Shown here one piece after another: positions 1 through 14,480 of a stretch of 64,000 nucleotides of DNA (positions are counted from its first letter, which is position 1; every line of letters begins with the position of its first letter). Below the pieces are notes generated by a model. The model was not told the origin of the DNA and made no database searches. It saw only the letters and a program-made list of their open reading frames with translations. The translations under genes were made by a program, and so were the position numbers. The stretch comes from the human T2T-CHM13v2.0 reference genome, Homo sapiens: assembly GCF_009914755.1 (NCBI RefSeq), contig NC_060925.1, one strand, 5' to 3'.

Positions 1-329
1 TATAACCTTTGGAATGTGTATTTAAATTAAAAACGTAAAATTAAAATATTCATCCTAGACTCAGGTTAAGTTCCACCAACAGTACACTTAAAATAGGATG
101 AGCCCAACCTAAGCGTACAACCTACCTGCTTCAAGTGTGTAGTTGGTGTGTGTGATACATTCTCAACAGTATTTGTGTTCCCTGGTGTAGTGATTTTCGT
201 GTTACTCCCACCCTTGAAAGTCCTCGACTTAAAACCCATCTAGAACATTTCCTTTGCTAAGACTTTAAAGTATTCTTTCTTCAAGTTAAGGGTAGTTTTT
301 AAATAGTTATCAGTTGCATTCTTGGAATT

Positions 330-900
330 CACAGAAAGCTTGGGGAGAAACAATCCGACGGCACAAGTTCAAGTGCCCAACGGGGTGGAGAAGGGACTGC
401 ATACTCACTGGTTGCCAGGCCGAGGTTGTCCGCCTTGCCTGCTTTGGCTGAGACTGGAGACGGAAACTCCATTCAACAGCGACTGGAGGACTGAAACGGC
501 GCAAGAGGGCGGCTGCCCTTCACCTACTGGTCCCTCCCTGCCTTGGCGCCTTCGGAGTTCGGACTGACCCGGGATGTTGCTGGAGCCGGCAGGAACTGCA
601 AACTCACCGCGCGCGTCCCTGCACACCCGCACCTGCGCCTCGAGAACTCCTGGCCAGTTGAATACCCGGTCTGCCGCCGAGCTTCGCTGCAGGTCACAGG
701 AAAGGGGTGCAGGGTTGCGTACCCGGCGGGAGAAGCCGCGCGGAGAGGACCAGGTGCTGCTACTGGCCTCCGAGAAGACAGGCCTAGAGTAGCTGATTTT
801 GACCTGCAGGGCCAAAGTCTAACGGCGGCCTAAAACCCTAACGTCTGGGCGAGCCGCGGGTAGCGAGTTGAAGCGATCTCTATGCCTTGCTTGTCGTTTG
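330..900. promoter_or_regulatory. CpG-rich island
   Basis: High GC with many intact CpGs; minus-strand donor-like GTGAGT motifs near 403 and 603. Confidence 0.6.
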
Positions 901-1224
901 CCAAAATTCAGACCAAGAAAGAGAATAGTTGTGTGGATCAAAGTCTGCAATTAACCAAAAAAGAAACATGATCCTGTGTTAGCTTACTTAGGAAAAAAGG
1001 AAGAAGGAAGGAAAGAAGGAAGGAAGGGAGGAAAGGTTGGAGGGAGGGAAGAAAGATGAAAAAATCAACCAAAAAAAGAACATAATTTCCTAACTAATCG
1101 GATGTGGGTCATGAGAGAAAGACCTGCGTCCAGTTTTTGGCCTGAACGTGTGGAGGGTGGAGTTGCCATTAACTAACGTGAGAAAAGGCAGGTGTAGTAC
1201 GTTGTAGAGAAAATATCCGGAATT

Positions 1225-1600
1225 CCGTTCAGGGCCCTGGGGTCTTCCTTGAAAGAGTTTTCCATCCAGGCCGTCTCGGTTTCCGCATCCGTCTGAGTCG
1301 TTTATGATGTCGGGAATGCAGGAATCTGAGTCCTTTATGATGTTGAGGGTGCCACGGTCTCACCCCGGGCGCCTCCCCGCTCCAGCCTCCTCCCGGAAGC
1401 CTGGTGCGCTCTGGCCCCGCCGACCAGCGACAGTCTCTCCACGCGCTGCCGCCTAGCAAAGGCGCATCTTTAGGTCGGTAGTGAGGTGCGGCCGGGACGC
1501 TGCAACTCGCTCCGGGACTTGTAAACCTGGCAGGTGTTCGAGGAGCGCCACTGGCTGGAAGGAAAGGAGAGAGCTCTGCACGTCGCGTGTGGGCTCGCAA
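1225..1600. promoter_or_regulatory. CpG-rich segment upstream of the tRNA-Glu pseudogene
   Basis: Dense CpG content, as is usual for 1q21 tRNA gene flanks. Confidence 0.5.
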
Positions 1601-1757
1601 CTTGGAGAAAGCAGGGAGAGGACAGCCTTTTGGGACTATTCCTTGGATGGGCGGGTGGCACCAGGAAGGGTAGATGGAGCTTTCTAGAGGTCAATGTCAG
1701 CGTAATTTCTGCTGAAACAATTGAAGGAGGAAAAAAAAAAAGTATGTGCTTTGTGGT

Positions 1758-1826
1758 TCCCTGGTAGTCTAGTGGCTAAAGTTTGGCGCTCTCACCGCCG
1801 GGACTGGTTGATTCCAGATCAGGGGA
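1758..1826 (+). tRNA. tRNA-Glu(CTC) pseudogene
   Basis: TCCCTGGTAGTCTAGTGGCTAAAGTTTGGCGCTCTCACCGCCGGGACTGGTTGATTCCAGATCAGGGGA aligns to human tRNA-Glu-CTC. It is 69 nt with a damaged T-arm/B-box (GGTTGATTCC) and an intact anticodon arm. Confidence 0.88.
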
Positions 1827-2907
1827 CTGGGTCTCGGCCTCACTGTGAGGTATTGTTCTTTCCTGTGTTTGCCATCTACCACCGCTGTGGCTCAATTATT
1901 TCAAGACTGCTGGAGAAATGGAATTAATGTCGATCCTAACATTTAAGCTATTTATCTAGGATAAATTCCAAATAGTGGAACTGCTAGGTGAAATTTATTG
2001 TGAATTTAAGATTCCGATGTATACAGCCCTACAACGTATAAGCACCAATTACATTCCCCAAAGTGTGTGAGACTGCGTCTTTTCCCCAGAATTTAAAACC
2101 AATGCTAGAAATTATCAGTCTTTTAGAGATAATTTTAAGCTTATTTATCATCAAAGGATTTCTTCATAGTCAATTTCCCCTTAGACTATAAATCCGCAAG
2201 AGATGGCAAAGCTGGAAGAACTGCCTAGAATTTCAGCAAACTTGAATTCAATAGTCTCTCTGTTCTTTCCTGTTTTGGCACCTACCCTTTTCTTCCAGTT
2301 AAGATTGGACACAATAGAAAAATAATTAATAAATGTAATAAAAATGTAAGCCTGGACGTTTTGCTCACAGTGTTCTCACTGGGTCTAAATTTTGTGAATG
2401 TGGTTCCTTGGATGGTCTCATGGGTATGCTTGAGACTTTAGGCCCTTGGGACACCTGGTGCACAGAAGGGTCCCAAAACCCATCTTTGGAAGTGTTGGCA
2501 GAGTAAATAGGCACCAGTAATAAAGGCAACGGCGCCTGAATACGTAAGGCTGGTTTAAACCAAAGCAGATTTTTCAAAACCAGAGAGGGCTTGTGTTCAT
2601 AATTTAATAATTTAATTTTTATTTTGATGAAATTTAAATTTGATTTAAATTTTCATAATTTAATTTTCATTTTGATGGCCACTTTATTTTGACAAAGACA
2701 CTAGTGGAGGAAAGTCTCTTTATCGGATCATCAATTTCCCTATAAATCTTTGTCTCAGAAAAATTTAATAATAATTTCATAATAAATTATAATAAATAAT
2801 GTTTCACATCTTACATTATTCACTTTTGATTTAGTTGGCTTGTGCTGTCAATATGTTGCCCACTGTATAACACTACCTGATGAATTACATTCAACTATGT
2901 AGTAATA

Positions 2908-3012
2908 CATATTACTACATATACACACACACGTATACATGTGTATATACATATGCATATACACACACACATGTATACGTGTGTGTGTATATATGTATAT
3001 ATAACCATATAT
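2908..3012. repeat. (CA/TA/TG)n compound microsatellite
   Basis: Alternating purine-pyrimidine tract. Confidence 0.9.
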
Positions 3013-4879
3013 AATTTCAAAAGGTAAATTAAATATAATGGGACAGTGTTGGTAACCTCTTAGATAGTGTAGGGATAAGATAGCTGAATTTATGGCATGG
3101 TGTTGTATACTTCAGATATCTATGCTGTAATATTAAAATGGCATTTCCTTGGCCCACTAAATTGTCCACTTCCTGGCCCAATATGATACACGAAAGGAAT
3201 GAAAATGGGAAGAAAATAGCCTTCTGAAGGACTTGCCTAATAAACTTCTCCCTTAGCATTACTTGGAGTGACATCAGAAAATTGGAATGAAGTAATTGTG
3301 TAAAAAAGACAAATTCTCTGCTGTCTTTCTCCCCCAATCCTTAATAAACAAAGGAGGAAACCTAGACTCAGGTTAGGTTTTCTCTTCTTATTCTTTACAT
3401 ACCAGGACAAGTACTGAGCTTGTTTGTTACTATATGGGGACTTAGTGTATTGTACAAAGGGGTGTGGCTATTACTGTCCCTTTTCTACCAGAGCATCAAA
3501 ACTGGTAACTTGGCTGGTGTTAAGGGGAGCTTCTAACCTTGAATTCCCACTCCATGTGACTTCTTTCTGGTTCTCTCTTCTCAGAGAACTTGCAGCCATC
3601 AGATTCATTTGGAGAAGTTTGATAAAGGTGACTTTACGCTTAGACAGAAGAAAAAACCCTAAGGTCTTGAACTAAGCCTTATCCTCTGATACAGTTTACT
3701 GGAATTCCCTCCACTGTGGCACAAGCCCTGCCATAAATTGTGATTATCTATACCTTGTCAGTTTTATCTGTGTATATATCTTTTACAGTAATCCCCACAT
3801 CCACCAGAGAACCTAGGTTATTGGCAGAATGAGGTTTGGGAATTTTGGTCCTCTGGCCAGACACTATCAGATAGTACTCTGATTCCACCATTTTTGAAAT
3901 TATATACAACAAATTTTAAGTATTGTTTATTTTGGAGAGTTCAGGTTAAAGGAAATGAAGACTATTATTCAGTATTATTTCTGTAATTTTGTAATTTTAA
4001 CCATAACATAGGTTTCTTATCAAAATGTATGGAAGCCAGAAAGCAGTGAAGCAACAATATTTTCTCCAAAACAAACAGGCCAAACTTTGGCAGGAGTGAC
4101 AAATCTGGCATGCAATGGTGGCTTCTATATCAGAAATCAAGTCTTTTACTTTGTGAGAGGCAGGAGTTTTTAGTTCTTTGTCTTCCTTTTGGCTGCCAGA
4201 GGAATTGAACATTGTGAATTCATTGGCATAGTCCCAAGAAACTTTACTTGGCAAGCAAGCTATTGATTTTGGCGGGGGTGGGATGGTGTTTATCAGTCAC
4301 CCCTACTAGCAGAGATGTGATAACACTGCAGTCAGAGTAGTTGAGTTTTAAAATTTTGACTTGCCAACCAACAGAACATTATTTATATGGTAAAACTTAG
4401 ACATCAGAGGCTACAGGCACTCAGGCTAAATTCTGACCCATTCATTGGTGACAAATGTTAAGGGATTTTTGCCCCATTAGCCCTTTTTTTACTCATGATG
4501 GTACTCTGAACAGAAGAATCTCCTCTAACAATTTAAGACCATTCATTGTATAAGCATGTAAATCATCAATCTCAATGACACATTTTCACAACTATACACT
4601 GAATTGGCTCAGAGGCTTCACTCATAACTTTAACTTTTTTTCCCCCTTTACTACAAGTTTTACCCAAACTCTGTCAGTTGAATTCACACTCTACAGGAAC
4701 ACATATCAAGAAGTTTAACACATGCACTTTAGTTACAGCAGCACCTGCCAGGAGAATATCTTACCTCCTTGACTGAGAGTTCAAGGAGTGCAGGGAGATG
4801 TGACCAGCCATCAAGAAGCAGTAGAGAGACTTCTTTCCTTAAAGTACCTGAGTCAGGTTGAGGGGAAGAGAAGAATTAG

Positions 4880-5667
<788 letters not shown>

Positions 5668-6378
5668 TAACACACAGAACAATAGGAGGACTGTTACTCT
5701 CCTCTCACACCTACTACGTGGGAGAGAACATCTGCTACCAGATCCTGGAGGCCCTTCTCAAGCCCCCTAACCTGGCCCCATGTGGTTCTTTCTGTTTTTT
5801 CTCCTAGAAGGCATTGTGACCTTACTGGTCCCATGTTGGGCATCAAATCTGTGAATGGCTCACACTTGGACTTACGCACACAGCATAAGTAATAGGGGAT
5901 ATCTATGCATAAGAAAGATTAGTATGTTGTCAGCTCCCCACATCCATAATTCCACAGCATGACACCAAACTGGAGTTACTAGATGACAACCCAAGTGGTG
6001 GGTTGCTCTGTCAAGAAGGGGCCAATTTTATATTGCAGCTAGGCAGTTACAGTCTGTAGCTGTACCATTGAGGGGATCGGGGCAAGATGGAAATTTCCAT
6101 GGTTTACCAGAAACAGGTGAGAAACTGCCTGCTGGTAGCCTGCTGCAAGACAAGGAGGCCCCCAAAAGAGATGAGTAAGAAATAGTATTATGATAATGCC
6201 TCACAAGACTACTTCCCTTACCATGGTCCAGGAGGGCATTTGGTCAAGGTTTGAGTCATAGTATGGTTGAGCCTTACCTATGTAAAGTTTAAGCAAAGCC
6301 ATTCCCTTGTACCTTGTACCTTGAAGAGAGTTTCATTGGATATAATATCCTTAATTTGCACTTTCTTCTTTTTAATGA

Positions 6379-6662
<284 letters not shown>

Positions 6663-7380
6663 AAGGAGTCTCTCTCCCTCCTTGTGTTCTGGTCTGTGAA
6701 TGGCTCACACTTGAACTTACTGTAGGCTCCTAGTGGGAGGAGCGGGGGTGGCGAAAATCCTCATCATATGGATAAACATAACCCAAACCTCTAGAGGTTT
6801 CATAATTTTCCTCTTGCTTCTAAAAACATAGTCATGTCTTATGGGGTGTTATGTACTTTATATCTTAACATTTTCCACTTGCTGCTTCTTGGTTTGAGGG
6901 GAGAAATGCCAGCATGTGGCAAATGGAGAATAAGACTGATGGAAGCCTCAGGGCAAGGCCTTCACTTCCCAGTGACACTGTTCCCAATTCCCTCCAGCAT
7001 GAGCTGAGCCTCCTCAGGCTGTGGTTGTGCAGCAGACAGGGTGTGAGGAAACCCTGCTCAGCCCTGGTTACCCAGGATGGCACTGAGTTCTAAAACGCAA
7101 AGGTTATGTGGTGAGGGGCCTGGCTGAAGACCTGGTGTGGTACTTTTGTGAGCAGTGGCACCATTTGAGGCTGGGTAGGAGAGAGGTGCAGGGCCTAGCT
7201 CCCCAAAAGACCAACAGATAAACTGGGGCAGAGAGAGAGATTCCAGTGTAACCGGGAAGGCTGCAGATCATAACAACTATGGCTGCTGATTTGGCATCAA
7301 AGATGTGGCATTGTCAAAGCCACAATTGTTGAGAATGGCACCAACATGCTGCAGCTGGAGAGAGTGGGTGACCAACATTT

Positions 7381-8018
7381 TGAAGTGGCATAGTTGTCTG
7401 GGGTAATTACCCAAGGTTTGTTGCCTCACACCAAGGGAACTGAGGATGTGGACACACAAGAAGTGGGTTTAGGAGTGGAGGTTTACTAGGCAAAAGAAAG
7501 AGAAAGGAAAATAGCTCTCTCTCCTGAGAGAGAGAGGGTTGCCAGAGTGGAACTTCTGGTTTTGTGGTGAAGTGCACAGGGTTTTATAGGCTGGCTTGAG
7601 GAGGCAGTGTCTGATTCACATAGGGCCCAAAGATTGGTTGGACCAGGTGTGACATTTACATAGCGCTGGAAGAAGCTGGCCACCCAACCCTAATCTTCTT
7701 CTTATGCAAATGGGTTTTCTACTTTACTCACGCCATGTTGTCTGCTCCTTACTGTACACGTGGTTAGAAAGGAAAAGGGAAGATGGAGCCACCATGTTGA
7801 ACATGCCTATCCCCCAGGTAGCCTTGTCCTATTGGCACAGCCGCCAGCAGTCACCTGTGCAAGCTTCCAGCTTGCTTATCTATGTCTGCAGCTCCATTTT
7901 ACAGGCTGCTTTTTGTTAGAAAAGAAATTATTTGGGGGCTGCTTTTCATTAAAAGGGAACCTTACCAAGGACTTCCTTACCCTAATGCCTAAATAATTTC
8001 TTTTTAACTCCTATATCA
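7381..8018 (-). mobile_element. ERV1 solo LTR (LTR9-like)
   Basis: TG...CA termini (TGATATAGGAGTTAA...CTTCA) with a perfect 4-bp TSD ATTT at 7377-7380 / 8019-8022; family from memory. Confidence 0.8.
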
Positions 8019-8130
8019 ATTTGTTTGAAGAACAGATGACACTTTGAATGGCCCAGCCCACAGCCCAGAATTTCAAGGGAAGACCTTGAATTCAAGGGAG
8101 ACAATGTCTCCCGTAAAATCACCTAGGCAC

Positions 8131-8638
<508 letters not shown>

Positions 8639-9015
8639 TTAGTGCCCATCTAATTCAGTTGCTTTTGTAACTTGTTCCACAGTGATGCCTGGAGACCTGA
8701 GTATGTTTTATCTTTAAAATCTAATAATTTTACTAGGATATTGTCTTGAAGTTGATAATCCTGGTTTAATTTTTGCTGCCACTTTATGGGCTCTTTCAAT
8801 GTGCCTCATCACATAAGTAATGTCATTTTCATTTTTGTAAATCAAGTCTCCTAGATCGTTCACCTGAAAGCCTGATTCTCCTTTAGAGAAAAAAATGCTA
8901 AAAAACAAAACAAAACAACAACAAAAAAACAAAACATTATATATCGCATTACAATTTTATTCAACAAATACAGAGATTTCCAGAATAGTTAAAACAAAGT
9001 AGAAAACAACTCTGG

Positions 9016-9593
9016 TGTTATAAGAGCAGTAGGTTCATATGCCCACTGTGCAGTAATAGACCAATACACTAAGACAGCAGTTTGCAACAAAGAATTTAAT
9101 GATCACAGGGCAGCCAAGGGGAGAGATATGAGTAGACCCTCAAATCCATCTCCTCAAGAACTTCTGCGTTAGGGTTTTTAAGGGGATTGTGGAGGGTGAG
9201 GGGTTGGAAAATTAAGGTTGTTGATTGGGCAGGGGAAGGGGGATGAAATCATTAGGATTTGGAAACTGCATACTGAGTCAGTTCCTCAGTGGGGTCCTTC
9301 AGACCAGCTGACATCAGTAGTTTCACTGGTACACAGGATCTGAAAGAATATCTCTAACGGGAAACTTAACATTTCATAATCTTCAGGTTGTTATCTATAG
9401 AACAGTTCAGGAGAACTATAATCTAGGGCCTGCCTGATTCTAGCACAAACAGCACCAAACAACTGTGAGGAAGCAGGTCCAAGAGCAGGCTGCTCTCAAG
9501 AGTAATGCAAAATTGCTGCAAGCTTGTTTATTTTTGTTTCTCCCCTTCCCTTCTTCCCTGATTAATTTTATAAAGTTTATAGGGACAGTTTCA
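9016..9593 (-). mobile_element. ERV1 solo LTR (LTR26-like)
   Basis: Minus strand starts TGAAACTGTCCCTATAAACTTTATAAAATTAATCAGGG; TG...CA termini; near-TSD CTGG/ATGG. Confidence 0.72.
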
Positions 9594-10207
9594 ATGGCTT
9601 CAACACAGTATTGCCAGGTAAGGACTTGAACCCAAGAGGCGGAAGTTGCAGTGAGTCAAGACCAAGCCACTGCTGCACTGCCCAGTCTCAAAAAATAAAA
9701 ATAAAAAAAAAATCAGGCCAACACCTGTTGACACACATTGCTAGGAATCCCTTTGGGAAAGCAAATGGGCTCACGGAACACACGGAGGCCATGGTGGGTG
9801 ACAATGTTAACTAATTCTGTTCATGGTGTCCAGGGTACAGGCCTGAGGGTCCACTCGCCACCTCTGCCCAAAGCCACGTCTCCACTGCTCCCCTCATCTC
9901 CGCACGGATTCCTCCCCACGTGCCTCCCCTTTTCTTGGACTGCCGACACCTGACACCACCAAGGTGACTGCTCCTCCCCACAGCTTCTCTCCTTCAGGGG
10001 ACTTCACTTCTTGTTCCTTGCTCCATAGTGAGGCGTGACCCAGCGGTCAGCCCAAGGTCTAGCATGCGAATCAGGGACGTGATGGTTCTTTGGGATTCTA
10101 GGGATCTACCTGGAAAATAGATGAAAGTAACAAAAGTTTTACATACCAATATTCAAAACTGCATCAAACTACCAGAAACACTTGCCACTTTCAAAGATAG
10201 ACCATGC

Positions 10208-10357
10208 TAAGTAGCTCCAGGTGTGTGCCACCATGCCTGGCAAATTTTTGTATTTTTAGTAGAGACTGGGTTTCACCATGTTGGCCAGGCTGGTCTCGAA
10301 CTCCTGACCTCAGGTGATCCACCTGCCTTGACCTGCCAAAGTGCTGGGATTACAGGA
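10208..10357 (-). mobile_element. Alu fragment (left-monomer part)
   Basis: Alu homology. Confidence 0.8.
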
Positions 10358-10553
10358 ATGGCTCTTGACTCTAACTGCAAGGTCCCTAAATCATTAGATC
10401 ATTTCCTGAATATCTTATGCTTCAGGCATTGGCCATCACTTGGGTTACCATTGTCATAAGTCAAAAGCCTCCACAACCAAGGCCCTTAAACATGGGATAG
10501 CCTGTGCAGGGCAGAAGTATAAAGAATATAGAGAAGTGAAGCACAAAACTTGT

Positions 10554-10624
10554 TGCATTGGCCAGGAATTAAACCAGGGTCTCCTATGCAGGCGGTGAGA
10601 ATTCTACCACTGGACCACCAATCC
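10554..10624 (-). tRNA. tRNA-Gly-derived pseudogene (probably Gly-CCC)
   Basis: Minus strand GGATTGGTGGTCCAGTGGTAGAATTCTCACCGCCTGCATAGGAGACCCTGGTTTAATTCCTGGCCAATGCA aligns without gaps to 71-nt tRNA-Gly. Anticodon arm and B-box are mutated; a TTTT terminator follows. Confidence 0.85.
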
Positions 10625-12699
10625 GGCTCTTATGTGTGGTCCTGGAGAAACAATTGAAATACAATACTGAAAAAGACAGAAATTGTTCCAAAAGAAGCTT
10701 TTTGCAGTATTGACTAAAAGCTAACAGTAGACATCCAAAACCAAGGTTTTTATAGAATACTTTTACTAGACAAAACTATAAATATTAAAATAGCTTATTT
10801 GATCAAACTTTAATTCCTAAAAAGGCTCCTTCCAACTGCGTAACAGACTCCTATAGAAAAACATCAGAAATTCATCCGGGTTCCTTGTTTCTGATCCTAA
10901 ATCTTCAATTTAGGACCTCAACCTCAAACTGTTGCTTTAGTGGCTCTGGGAAGAAAGCACTAACTGGCAGCATAGGTAAGTAAAGTTTTAATCTAGGGAA
11001 GAAATAAGAAGCAGAATCAGAATTAGAATTAGAAGAAAGAGGAAATATGCTATACCAGAATATCATAGGCAAAAAAAGAAGATGAAGAAAGAGGAAATGA
11101 AAGGACAGAAGGCAATGCTAATGGAGTTAGTTATTTGTGGCTGTTTTTTGTAAAAGAGTAATGATCAGTCTTGTAATCATTATAATACTATTATTTGCTT
11201 TCTAAAATGTCTAAAATATTTGAAGGAATATATGATATAAAAAGATGAATAATGCTTGCAGTCAGTGTTTCATTGTTTGGGAGAACCCAGTTTCCTCAGT
11301 TAATACATTTTCGTGTAATAGCTGTTTAAGGAGTAACATGGTTTAAAGACATTTTAATGGCTGAAATATTAACATGTTGGTCTTTTGATGAAGTTCAAAT
11401 AGAGAGATTTCTTTCCCCAATTTTCCCTGGAAAGATTAAACTGAAGAGAAAAATCTGGAAAGTTTGCCCCACCTGTTGGGTCTGGGAGTCATTATGACTT
11501 TTTCAACGACAGGAGTTGTGTATGACATGGAATCATGCTTCTTCTCTAGTTGAGAAGCCAAGCTAGGTCCAGGCTGAGTCATAAACTTGAACCCAACAAG
11601 GAAATCACCCTTCATATTGACCTTGCAGAGCTTTGGCTCTATCTGTTCTCTGCCCAACACCCAAGACACATACTAGTTCTGGCCAACAAACCTTCACATA
11701 TTGTCTGTGTCAACCAGAGCTACATTTATTCCCAAATCTCTTTCTAAAATACAAACCTGTACTTTCTACTCTCAACCCCAAAATTTACAAGAGGCCTCAT
11801 ATGCATCTCAGAGTCACAGATGCTAAAACTCAACACACCAGTGAGATCCCTGTCAGCATCATGTACTACCCTCTACCTCAATGATCAGCCCCAAGCCAGC
11901 ATCTCCCAAAGAGTAGTGTGTTGTCGTGGGTGTTTCAACAGATCACTAAAACCTGCTTCTACCGCTGCCTAGACACCTATCCTCACTGCTATGCATCCTG
12001 CTCCTCAAATCAGATCTTGATATCTTCTTTAAACACTCCCAATCTCCCAACATGACAATTCATTTCCAAAGAATTATAGTATTTAAATTTATTGGACTCT
12101 ATACAGACTCATTCCCACTTTGTTACTACGCTGGTCCATCCATCACCTCCATTAACATAAGTAGATCAAAAACTGGCCTCTCTACAGCCAGTCTTGTCTA
12201 TTCCAACCCATTTGCCACACTGTGTCCTGAGTGACCTTTCCACAGTGTAAATCTGGACATACCTGTAGCCTTAAATCATATCTACCAACATAGTAGCCAA
12301 GCAACAGCAATCTCTTTTCCTTTGGTCATTAGAGTCCTAGAGACCAAGAGGATGTTGGGAAAAGAATTACAATGGATCAGCTCTCAGAGGCAGTGGGTTC
12401 TGGACTCGTGCTGGCTTTGATACGTGTACATTGGAAAAGCTCAAGTACCTGGCAATACTTGGAGATTAGGAAGAAAGGATGAAAGTAAACCACTGCACTA
12501 AATAACATGACAATAATCACTTATACAAAAATTTTAAAGATAAGGAATATTTAAAGATTTATTAGTTTATTATAGCTTTATAGTTGGAGAGTGGAGAAGA
12601 AAATACCAAAGCTTTTTGTCTTAACAAAATGGTGCAGACAGATTAACATATATTGTCACCTATGATAACCAGTCAGCATAAAAAGTATTTAGAAAGGAA

Positions 12700-14480
<1,781 letters not shown>

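Noticed and set aside
310-1767. ORFs in the left CpG-rich region
   Set aside because: Same GC artefact; no homology recognised.
3997-4254. Cys-rich minus-strand ORF (DLISDIEATIACQICHSC) resembling a TRIM RING start
   Set aside because: Only the first CxxC fits. The C-x-H-x2-C-x2-C spacing is absent and there are no clear exon boundaries, so it is too weak to call.
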